Assembly: GCA_964270895.1 (NCBI GenBank)
Contig: OZ185441.1
DNA length: 64,000 bases
Direction: 5' to 3' (one strand)
DNA from: Podarcis filfolensis
Taxonomy: Eukaryota
Positions within the stretch are counted from its first letter, which is position 1; every line of letters begins with the position of its first letter. Under the pieces are notes generated by a model that was given only the letters and a program-made list of their open reading frames with translations, did no database searches and was not told where the DNA came from. The translations under genes and the position numbers were made by a program. Shown here piece by piece: positions 26,299 through 37,705 of the stretch.

Positions 26299-28815
26299 GT
26301 AAGTGATCTGTCTCCCTCCTCCCCATCTCTAAAGGACAGTTCATCTTATGTGAGATGTTAAGATGCGTATACATGGGTCAGTAGATACCAGGAATTTTTT
26401 AAAAATATTATTATTATTTTACTTAGGAGTTTCATTTTTGCAGGAGATTGAGGAAGTGATTAGAGTTTAGTTTCATTAGTTTCATTGGCCTCATTCAATT
26501 CAAACTTTTGTTATTGCCAGCCATCATCCTGTTTCAGTGAGTGTGTTTTCTAATCATTTAATTTCATATTAAGTATTAAAACAAGTTAACAAAATCATAC
26601 ACACGAAAAGAGATTTACATAGAGAAATAAGGAAATTGAAAGTTATGTTGTGTGAATAGAGTTCCACTTGCACACTTTTGGATCCAATTTTGCCTCTTTC
26701 TAAACTGTGTTCCTGGTAAGAATCTAATAAAGAGACTGGAGGTATACTTCCCACACCCACACACCTTTTCTACATTTTTGAAGATTTGTTATGCAGACCA
26801 ATACTTTCATACATGTCCACTATAATCCTTTGCTAGATATAATAAGTCAAATTATATTAATCTTAGTATATATCAAAGGTCAGATTTGCATGTTACATTC
26901 TTCTGATCTGTGGAGGCCTGCTTTATAAATATCCACCATGATCACATAGAAATAAATAGGACATCACCTTTCAAACTCTACATTAAAATCTATTAGGAAT
27001 TTTGCAAATATTGTTTATAACTTTGGCGTTTTCAGGAACGTGCTTATATCTGGTCAGAAAATTATGCAACCACTTTGTGTTTATCAACCTTGTTGCTCAT
27101 TCCTCTGGGTTCCTTTTAATGTGGGAAGTAATTTCATTGAACAAGATGGCATCAACTCTATTTTAATTCATACAGAGAGGAGTTTGTGGGTTGCTGTTTT
27201 TTTAAATTGCTTTTGGTCCCAAAGCTTTCAAAGCTAAAAACGATAGTGTCAGTTAATATTAATGTGCATTATTTTAGTGAGTTTAATTTGTGTTTCATCC
27301 ATCCAGGGATGGTCTTTCACAAAAATGAGAAAAAGTTGGCTTATTAACCCGTAGTATTTGGTATATAGCATGAAAGTTGTCTTAGACCACCCCTGTGAAC
27401 TTGAGGCACTATCACATAATCTCAGTGGCATAATAGACTGGCAGTAAATGTTCTGTGATGATGGGAACTCTGCTCTCTAACAATCCCTTAACTGAAATTA
27501 ATCCATTTTCTGGCTCCAGTCCATCACAGAATAGCTGGGGCTGTGTGTACATAAGCCTTTTTAAAAGCTGAATTTCTGCAAATCAGCTGTTTGGTAAGAG
27601 GAACAGGCTGGTTGAAGGACAGTTCAAATGTGTTATTAGTGAGATTTCAGCTTTTAAAAGTTTTCTATGTACCTGCAGCCCCAGTTACTGGATTTATTTC
27701 AGAAATCATGTATATTGCACCCATTTGAACCTGTTGGCCTCCATCCAGCTAAGGATATACTCATGGAAGCCCGCTTCCACGCATGTCAGTGAAATCAGGA
27801 CATGAGGACATCTGTTTTTATACAGTTGGCACAGAATCTATTCCTGCAGGTTCCAGATTCCCACCTTGATGCCAGTTTGTGCCCCACGGGGTTTGAAAGA
27901 GGGTATCTGGCATCAGGTTAGCACAGGGTTCTGCGGAGGCCTCACTTCTAAAAGCCAATCAGCTGCTATAAATACAGGACCACCTTGCAGCTGCAGCATT
28001 GCTGTCACCAACACACCTGCTCGCCCACCTTCATTTTATTCTTAATTTGAATGTATGTTGGTGTACACAGCTGTGTACTGAGGCTTGCTGCAAGGAGGAA
28101 ATTTATCTAAAGGTATAATTGGGCCTGGCTCTGAGCAGATTTTGCCTTCCTCACAGCAGTTGTCAAGAACCTGTCACAACCTTGTTGCAAGTGGGAGAGG
28201 AACTTGGCAGCATCCATGGTGGAGTTAAGTGGGAGATGGGCATCCTGAGGGAATTCCTGTAAGGTTTTGGGGTGCTGCTTGCTGCCCACACCCTCATTTT
28301 GGCTGCCGTACTCTGAGGTTGCCTGGGTACCATGGTGGGCCCATAGGCTGGAACTGGGACATTGGCAAGTATAGTTAAGCTGCCCAGTGATAGTATCCTC
28401 AGCCTACCCTACACTAAACTGTGTGCACTGTAACCAATGAAGCTGTGGACATCTTAAACACACATAATCCTCTGCGTTGTTTCTTGCTGTCACATGCTTG
28501 CACATGTTTCAAAAAGTTGTTTAACAGTAATCAGTGTAAATGTACAGTAGGATTGCCACAGTCAATTCATTCATTGCATTAATCACAACATAGATACAGC
28601 AGCAATAAAAAACTTGGTGGAAAAGTTCTGATTTCCACAACATGAAACTATTAAAAAGGAGCTTTCCAACCTGAGCACTAATATGTGAATGAAGCATATT
28701 TTTGATTTGCAGTCAAATAGTGCTAGGATAAAAATAGGTTTCCTACGGCTTCATCCAACATGTAATAATTTTGTTTTTCAGTTCTATAATGCTACGTTTC
28801 CTTGTTTTTCTACAG

Positions 28816-28878
28816 AAAAAACAGAGAACGAAAGAACTGTCAAGATTGTTTCACTCGTACAACCCATATGATCACAAG
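28816..28878 (+). CDS. CDKAL1: CDKAL1 internal coding exon (63 nt)
   Basis: Acceptor cttgtttttctacAG ends at 28815 and donor GTAAAA starts at 28879. Encodes [21 protein letters not shown] in frame with the previous exon, just upstream of the TRAM domain. Confidence 0.95.
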
Positions 28879-30065
28879 GTAAAAATAAATTGCTTTTTTT
28901 TTTGTCAGTAATACTACTCTGCTAATGATGATGATGATGATATACACACCCTTTAAGCTACTAAAGGATGTACAACCAGCTCAACCCCTGTGGTGACCTT
29001 GGGAGGTGGTTCTTGTTGCTTGGGGACATGGTACTGCTAAGAACAATCTTTGAGGATAGAGCAACATACCTACTGTGTGAAAAACCCCACCCTTTCCCTT
29101 TGCTTGGAGTTTAGGGCTGTCCCGTCTACCTGGACCAGCCAGTCACTGACTGATGAATCATTTTGCCTCCTTGTATGAATAAAACACCACTGACACTCTG
29201 TTAGGACCACCTATGGGTTTTCCCTTTCCTCTCATTCCTTGGTGTAGTTTAATTTGAATTAGGTCATTAGAGATCAATGGGGTCTTGATACGTTTTGCTC
29301 TGCTCATTTTAAGACCAACAGCAGTGGATCTTATGTCAATCAGCACCATTCTGAGAAGGTTATTTTCTTTTATACTCCTCTAGCTAGGATTTGTACCCTT
29401 TGGTGAAGTTTCCACGGGGAGGCCTTTTGCGTTCCTCCTCTGCACCAGCCATAATTGAACAGCTGTGTGTTGGAATAATTCAAGCACTTGGCTTTCTTTA
29501 TGTGTCTAAAACTGATTCTCAAACTGTAAAATGTGGATGTTAACCCACTGTAATGAATGCATCTACTGCTTTATGGGGAATCCATTTCCAGCACAGATCC
29601 TTCCCATCTCTCTAACAGTGTATGTGGGCAGTCACATCATCCTGAGTGGAGGGAATAATGACACACCCTACACTACTGTTCACAACTGCAGAAGAATCTC
29701 AGAAATCACGGGTACCTGTCCATCAACATTGTCTTGAATAGGCAAAGGCAAGAGCATGGTTCAAGGTAGCTAGTGGTAGCCATCTGGAAAACAGATAACA
29801 ATACGGCCCTGTCAGGTAGCAATGACATGTTTATCACAGTTTTGGTAATTGAGGTTTTTAAATGAATTTGATAAGTAGGACAGTCATCAGTCTAAGAGGG
29901 TTCCTCCCACTGGCTGGTCATGTACTGTGGTTTCTCACTGGGCTCCCTATGAACCCAGTGTGCTAGGGCCCTACCTTGTTTCCCACTTTCTTTTCTCTTT
30001 TCTCACCTCTGTTGCTCTTCTGTGCTTTCTTTCCCTCCCCTCCCTTCTCTACCCACCCTCTACAG

Positions 30066-30271
30066 CAGAGCTTTCCATACTTTACATGCTGGTGACACAC
30101 TTTTTAGACATGCATCATTTTGCGACACAATAATTCAGTTTTACTAGCAAATCGAAGGTTAAACTAACCCCTTTCCAGTCCCAGGAGGAGCATTGGGAGC
30201 ATTTGTGCGACACACCTACACACTGCAGCCAACACACCAATATGTTGCGACACACAGTTTGGAAAGCTCTG
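30066..30271. mobile_element. hAT (Charlie-like) MITE, 206 bp
   Basis: TIR cagagctttccatact / agtttggaaagctctg (15/16). 8-bp TSD ctctacag (30058-30065) versus ctgtacag (30272-30279), 7/8. Internal repeated gcgacaca subterminal motifs. Confidence 0.88.
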
Positions 30272-32054
30272 CTGTACAGTTTTAGTGGCTGGTTTGTGGT
30301 GTGCAGGAAGGCCTTATACTATAGCCACACCTCGACCATGGTGGGCCATACAGCAGGGAGTGAGACCTCCCCCCATCTGTTCCTTTTAATTGTTGGCTTG
30401 TAGATTTTTACATTTTGAGCTAATAATTAAATGTGTTATGACTGCTGGCTTATTAATTTTGTAGGAGGAGGTTTTAGAAGTTTTAATTTGTTTTATTGTT
30501 AATACTGTCTTCTGGAATTTTGGGTACATAAATCTCCTTGAAAGAGCAGGACACACAGAAAGAGAGGCATATGTAAAATGATATATAAGCAGTAATTGCG
30601 CTTATATAGGTGTAATAGTGTAATATATAGGTGTAAAGGTGTAATTGTGAAATGTTTTTAGCTAAATAATTCATCCAAGTGCTCTTTTTTTGCTGTGCAA
30701 TCATAGGCATCGTGCTTCAAATGGTAAAGCTTGTGTAAATTGATTAATGTTTTTTTTTTAAAGATTGACAACTATGAGTTCTGAAGGGAGTTTTGTGATA
30801 TGGAACTGTTGAAGTTAAATGTAATAGTAGATCAATTAAGATATAATAAAGAGAATCAACTGAAGAGGCAAAGCTTTGATATTTCCCCCCCTTGTCTAAA
30901 TTCCCTGGTGGCACAGGGTTTTTTTCTCCATTCACAGTACAAGAAAATTCCATTATTCTTTTATTAGCACTCTTATTGGAACTGGGCCATTTGTAACCTC
31001 TGTTGCCTCCTTGCACATATCCTTTGTGGCGCTATATCAAAGTATCCTCAACTGTTTTTGACTTCAGTTGTGAGTTTATGCACTTATTTTATTAATGACT
31101 CATCAGGAGGTGTGGAAAAAGAATATGAATTCTTAAGACTTGTTCTTTTGATCTCTGTTTTAGGGCCTTTTATAAATAACAAAAGTTGCAGAATCAAGTG
31201 GCAAATAGTTTTTTCAAGATCACAGGCTTGTGTAAGGGTTTGTTGGGAGGAATGGAGGTAGAAAAATAAGAGAAGTGCAGCAAGATGAAAAGGCTGCGTT
31301 CTTATGTCCCAAATCATCTCAACTCAATGCAGTACACTGTACGTTTATATCTTGCTGTGTGTCCATCTGAAACACTCCATTTCCCTTTTGTCATTCTGCA
31401 TACCAACTCCCACTCCCCTACAAAGCAGCTTCAATATACCCTCTGCTATTGTTTTTTAGTTTAAACATTTGCTGTAACCTAATCATGTTCACATCACATT
31501 AAATTTTTTAGGTTACAGTTTCTGTAATTCAATACATTGATGCAGCTGCCTTGTGGCAGCCCAGCAAGTTAATTTACTTCACATATTTTTAGCTCCTAAT
31601 ATTTTCCACAGATTCCATTTTTAAAGTGTAATTTCTTACATTTCTTGGAAGTAAGCTAGTTACAGTGACTTTAGCGGAGCTTATTTCCACATCATGGCTA
31701 TAATCCAACAAAATCCTAATCTTTGAAGGGAGGATGTGCCTTTCTCTCCTTGCTTTCCCTAGCACAATTTCAAACTGCTTTTAGTATAGTTTATTTGTGG
31801 TTTTGGTGAGGCTACTGAGATAGAAAGGACATCAAAACCCAGGGTGTGCTTGCAAGACTCTGAATTAGAGCCAAAGTGTTTTGGACGGTGCTAGAAATAT
31901 TTCCGCATGCAATACCAACCGTAAGATGTAATAATTGCATAGTATATGTATATCCTCATAGCTGCAGGGTATTTCCCTGTTTGCATTTAGAAATTTGTCT
32001 CTTGGGAGTTTCTATAGTCCGGTACGTAGGACTTCCATTCCCACTATGTTCAGG

Positions 32055-32078
32055 GAGAGAGAGAGAGAGAGAGAGAGA
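32055..32078. repeat. (GA)12 microsatellite
   Basis: Counted directly. Confidence 0.9.
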
Positions 32079-32289
32079 GGAGTAGAAAACCATTGAGAAA
32101 GCTGGAGGAATGGAGTGGCTATAGAAAGGCAGAGGCTGTGTTTCAAATTCTGTCTAGTCTGTTATCCTTACCAAAGACACCCCAGGGAAATATTATTGTT
32201 ATCCATGTGGATAACAGTGCATACCAAAAGTGGGGAAGAGAAATGTCCAAGGAATTTCTGCACCTGTTTGTCATAGATCATATATCCTT

Positions 32290-32562
32290 AGGAGCAAACG
32301 CCTTCTTGATAGCGGCCCCCAGACTTTGGAACTACTTGCTATCGCTGACAGTCTTCTGCTAGCAGACAAAAACATTTTTAGGCAGACATTTGGCTGCTAA
32401 GTGTTGGCTTTTACTGGTGGTTGTGTTACTGTTTTACCTATCTTCTTTCCATGTTTTTACTTTGTACTAAATTGTGTTTGTTATATTTCATTTTATTTGC
32501 ATAGTTAGCTGCTTTGAGCATTGGGTGGAAAGGAGCAGTGTAAATTTAACAAATAATAATAA
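32290..32562 (+). mobile_element. L2 LINE 3' fragment (ORF2 C-terminus plus 3' UTR)
   Basis: Translates to ANAFLIAAPRLWNYL (L2 C-terminal RAFSVAAPRLWNSLP motif), then a T-rich UTR, gctgctttgagc..gaaagg..taaat and an (AAT)n tail. Confidence 0.65.
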
Positions 32563-33261
32563 GCATAAGCCCTTATTTTTAGTAATGGCTCAAGATTAGG
32601 ACGGTGGGAAGCTGTCTCTTCACTGACCGTGGAGCTTCTTTGTTATTTTTGTGACATCTGAAAGAACTTGATGGGTGATAGACATTTTCCTCTTCTTTTT
32701 TTTTGTTCCCTGGCTTTGTGAATAGTTTTGTGATTTTGCTTTTGTGATTCTTGTGGTATATCTTTATTGTTAAGAGTTCAGAGGACGTTCTTCAGGGGCA
32801 CAGTGGTTGTCTTAAAACAAACAAAAAAAAGGCAGAGGTTAACTCAAGCTCCAGGAGCCTGTTGAAAACCCTGTAGAGAAACAGATGTCATAGCTGACAA
32901 TTGACTAAAACTGATGAGACTTCTTTCAGCATTTTTGAAGTATTTCTGCATGATGTGGAATAGTTCTAAATTGAGAATTTTCTTCAGCTGATTGATTGCA
33001 GAAGTAGGGAGGCTGAGGATCTAAAACGAGATATATTTCATTTAAGCTACAAAGGCACTGATCAGATTTTCCCTGCTTATAAAACCAGTATTGGGTTTAA
33101 GATAGTATTTCATTGTTTCATTAGCTTGAGAGCATTATATTCATTTTTTTCCTTGGTCTTTCTAGCATGTAATATGAATAAGGATCCTTCACCAGGGAAC
33201 TGATGTCAGTTTCCATGAAACTGACCAAGGTAAAGGCACTCCTTAAGATGGACATGACCCA

Positions 33262-33750
33262 TGTTATTGTTGGCATCTGTCTTCTCTCGAGAGACAGTGG
33301 AGTGCCTCCAAAGGTGAAGTCAAACCACTGCATTAGCAGCACTAAAGTGACCTCTCCGGGGTGCAGGGCTGGGCAGTGTGTATGGAGGTCCCAGGCTGCC
33401 CAGTCAACAAGACCTTCCTCTTGGCCTTACTGATGTGGACCAAAGAAAAGCAGAGCAATATGTTTGGCACCAGCTTGGTTGCAGGAAGGAGGTGTACAAG
33501 GTGCCATCCAACCGTCTTAGAGACTCCAGATTTGTGTAGGGTTGACTCCTTGGCCTTTTCTTCTCCCAAAGATATCCTACAAGGCAGTGGGGGTTTAAGT
33601 TAAGAGTTTTCCTTCTTCTACATGGGCTACCTTCCCAGATTGATAAGTCCCATCTGCCCCTCACTTTCCTCTACAGCACATGCAAGAACCTCCTTCCTGA
33701 TCACAGGGCACACTATTGGTCTTATCTGCTCAGACCCACTGGCACCTGAC
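33262..33750 (-). mobile_element. Non-coding retroelement fragment (RTE- or Ingi/Vingi-like), family uncertain
   Basis: Minus strand has ctgggaaggtagcccatgtagaagaaggaaaactc...gctggtgccaaac...gatgccaacaataaca, resembling a widespread reptile non-LTR repeat (recalled) that ends in a CAA/TAA-type tail. No TSD or ORF seen. Confidence 0.55.
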
Positions 33751-36700
33751 ACCCCATACACCCCTGAACATTACCCAGACTATACAGAATTGTGTACCCA
33801 AGCACATCGCTTTCCACCTCACCTTCGGCATTATGATTCCTTTCAGATGCAGTCCAGCATTATCCCTTACTGTTGTTAGAAGTCCATGTCAAGTTGATCT
33901 AGAGCTATTTTGTTTTCTCAGTTTCTTCTGTTCCAGTTCAACAGACCTCTTCATGTATTGCATGTGAGAAGAGCTTTTTTGTTTTATATCAAGAGAATGA
34001 GAGATGTTATAGGAGCCAGTTCTTTTTATCAGGCAGTGAACAGTAGTCTGTTCACAAAGGCATTCTTACTGAAATAAGAAATTTATTACAGCCTCCTAAT
34101 ATGTTGCAAGGAAACATTTTCTTAAAGGCATTAAGACATAATATACTAGGGTTGAGATAACCTCTGTGGCTTTCATCTTTAGGACCGTGCTTTGGCAGGA
34201 AAACAGAAAAACTGCCCAGATGGGAGATTGCATCTTTATAAAATACAATCCAGGTGAACATGCACCATTATATTGTTTTGGCTAGTGCTTCTTCGGCCTT
34301 TTTTGCAGGGCTAGTCCATGTTTGCTTGTTTTTGATGTCCTAAGAGAAATAAAATTCCCAAATGTCTTATTGTATCCTGAGCAACGTAACAATAACACAT
34401 TAAAAGATCAAGAGTTGATCGGAGTATATTTTCTCATTTTCATTTTTAATGCGTGGCACTTCTTTACTTCTGTCTCTTTACAGATGTGTCTATCCAAAGG
34501 GCAACCCCTGGAACTTAGAAGGCTCTCAGTCTTGTCCCTTGAACTCCTGGAATATAAAATAGCTGATGAGGTGTTATCTTGCTTCTGAGTGTCTGTTTCA
34601 GAAAAGCAGATTGGGCAGAATGTGTTGATAACGATAATAGATTAGCTTAATAGAAGAATTTAGGGTGTGTGGTTTTGGTCCTTCACCTATATATGCATCA
34701 TGCTGTTGTTCAGGGCTAGTTTATCAAATCAGAGAGTCATCTTAGGTACTTGCAAGATTGCAGCATTGCCAGATATATTGAATACACAAACTACTTTGAA
34801 CTAAATAGCTTAGAAATAACCATAATTGTGTGGGCTTGAGTTTTTTCACCTAAATGTGTATTTTGGCTAATTGTTTAGTAATCTAACAAAAGTTATATGA
34901 ACAAACAAAGAAACTTGGAACAAACTGTAGAAACTTTTGTATTTGATACTTTATTTTTAAAGAGGGCAGAGGTTTTCTTAACAGAGGGATGTTTACTAAT
35001 TCTTGGGTGAAATATAGCGTTGGGCCTCTCTTCCTCCCTGCCCCCTCATTTCGGGCAGTAACAGAGATGCACATCTATGAGCAATCTAGTACATTTTTCC
35101 TCAGTTGTGCTTAACATTTGCAAAATGCTTTTCCTATGTTTTTGTGATGTCCCACAAAGGGATTTGGTGTCTGCACAAAACTGAGAAAGAAGAGCTTTTT
35201 GAAGGGAAATGGTGCTCCTGTCCCTCCTCTTGAGAACAGCAAGCTCTCCATCACAGATCCTTCCACATGGCTGGTGTCTGTAATTGCAGAGTAGTATAAA
35301 TTTGGTAGGCCACTCCCTGCTGATGTTAGGAATCGTTCCTACTTTTGCCCTTTTACAGAATTCTGCATGTATTTATAATATTTATTTCCTGATTTTCAGT
35401 ATAAGCAATTAAAACCACAGCATTATAATATAATTCAGGAGAAAATAAGCAGATGAAGCAAAGCTGTCACTTGATCCAGTCCTGTCTTTGTGACAGTAGG
35501 CTCTGGACGATGTGCTACAGCCTTTCTGTTCTTCAAAAGCTTTTCTCCTGAAGAAATCTTCACACCACCAAGTATGTAGCTTACGAGTCACCTATGTGTG
35601 GGACTACCCAGAGACCACAATAGCTTATATAATTTTATATAAGCTATGAATCCTCAAAGCAATGTAAGCCTAAGTGAAATTAATTTTACCAACAATATAA
35701 CCTAAATATGTTCTATTTACTTTAGTAGAATTATTCCACAGTAGGCAGCTTGTTGAATTCACTGCTACTTGTTCAGCATCACCAGGTAAAAAAAAAATTA
35801 CAACAGGACATTAATACCTTGCGAAATAGTTGGGTTGAAAAGTATGGAATATATAGAATGTAGAGATGATGTCGTGAATAGCAATACAGATATTTATAAA
35901 AGTGTTGTCATGTGTGAGTATGAGATCACAGAGAGGCATTGGATTTATTTTGCATCTTCACACACGAACACTGTGTGGAGAGAGAGAAAATACTGTTTGT
36001 GAGATTCAGTGGTAGCTCTCATGTATGTTAAATTATGTGTGTGCAAAATTTACTAAGAGAAATGAATCAAGAACCAGGCTTCATAGTTGACTTTATAAGG
36101 AATGAGCATTTGTTTTTCCTTTGGAACTTTAGAGAGGGGGGGGAATGCATTGTAAAACGAAGACATTTGAGATTACTGTATTTAAAAAGCTTGTGCGGGA
36201 CAAGTCATTAAATGCCAATTCATGTGTCAGGCAGACAGTGGCAGCTGCTTCTTAATGTGTGGCATTATCCAATATTAAATCAGTGGCAAATGGACAGTTT
36301 GATAGATACTGTCATCAATGCAAAGATTATTAAAATAATTTTGAAACTCACTTTTAACTTTGTTTTAAGCTAAGTAACATTTAGGCTTATGCAAGCTTAC
36401 CCCCTCACAGCAACGACCATTGCCTTTCCAGCTTTTAGCTAACAAAGCACAGGCCATCTCTGCTAGTTCTTTGGTGACACTGTAAGCCTGTTTATGGTTT
36501 TCTATGCATATCATAGCCAAGGGTCTATGAACAAAATTTCCATTTGCAAGCACATCATTGTGGAATAGTACTCAGTGGTCTTTTCACTTTGATTGATGGT
36601 TTTGGTTTTGCACCATCTGGCTTCTGATAGGCTGCATTAATCATAACCCAGAGAAAGAAAACCAAGAAAATATATGCATTACTGTTTAATGTCTGTGCGT

Positions 36701-36865
36701 GTCAATGTCTAGGAGTGTTAATTTCAGTATATAACATTAAAAACATTTATATTGATAGATAAAAATTGGTTACATATGAAATTACTTATGCAGCCTACAT
36801 AGAGAGTGATCCATTCATGTGTGTATATTTCACAGTAGTTCAGCAACTCAATTATGTTTCATTCA

Positions 36866-36949
36866 GGCTGAAATCCTCTACACACTTATATGGGGGAAAG
36901 TCCCAGATGTGGACTTTGCATCTGAGTAGATATGTATAGGATTGTGCTG
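36866..36949. repeat. Short dyad-symmetric interspersed repeat (same family as 51321-51397 and about 61910-61980)
   Basis: ggctgaaatcct..cacactta..aagtccca..tctgagtagatatgtataggattgtgctg. Its reverse complement shares a ctactccca.gtaagt..gttaggattgc-type motif with the other copies. Confidence 0.5.
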
Positions 36950-37653
36950 TCAGTTTTCTTCCATTTCTAACACAAGAGATTATAAATGAATCTGAGCACA
37001 TCAAAATGACTGGGTGTATAATTAATATTAGGTTTCAGGTTACATTTTAGGCCACTTAAAAATGGCCTTTGGAGTTCAAAATTATTTGCTTTGCGTTTTT
37101 TGTAAAACCACAAAATTGTGGCTTTTTTATAAAACCACTTCAAAATTGTGAATATGATTTTAAATCTCTTTAGAAAGATTCATCAGCTCTGTTTCAAATA
37201 TGTACTATTTGTTCTTAGATATTAGTATCATCAAATATATGAATTTAATTTTCACATTCAGTTTATGAATATGATGGGTACTGTTACTTTATCATTAAAG
37301 CCTCCTATTTAAAACCAAATATTTTAGTAGATTTTAGTTCATTCCTTAAAATTACTGTGTCAGCATACGATCAAGTTTGATTGAAGGAGCAAGTTACACC
37401 AGCAGAGTGTCAGATTTTTTTTAATGCTGCCATTGTGCTGATGAAACATCTAGATATGACAGCACAGGCTATTAAAAAAGAGAGACTCAGGGTGTAATTC
37501 AGTGTCATGCTATGGAAGATTCTGTCTGTGCAAGCATTTTAGCTTGCCAGCTGGAACAATCCCTCCTCTCCTCCCCCTGTATGCTGCTTTGTGGGTTCTT
37601 CTGACACCACCCCTGAGTCAGTTTTGGGGGCCCTGGGGAATGGTAGGTGGAGA

Positions 37654-37705
37654 AGCCCCATCGCAGAAGCAGAAGTCCTTCTGCAGGGCTTCTGCTGATG
37701 GGGCT
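37654..37705. repeat. Inverted repeat core, probably of a decayed palindromic MITE
   Basis: agccccatcgcagaagc ... gcttctgctgatggggct gives a 17-bp stem with one bulge. Confidence 0.6.
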
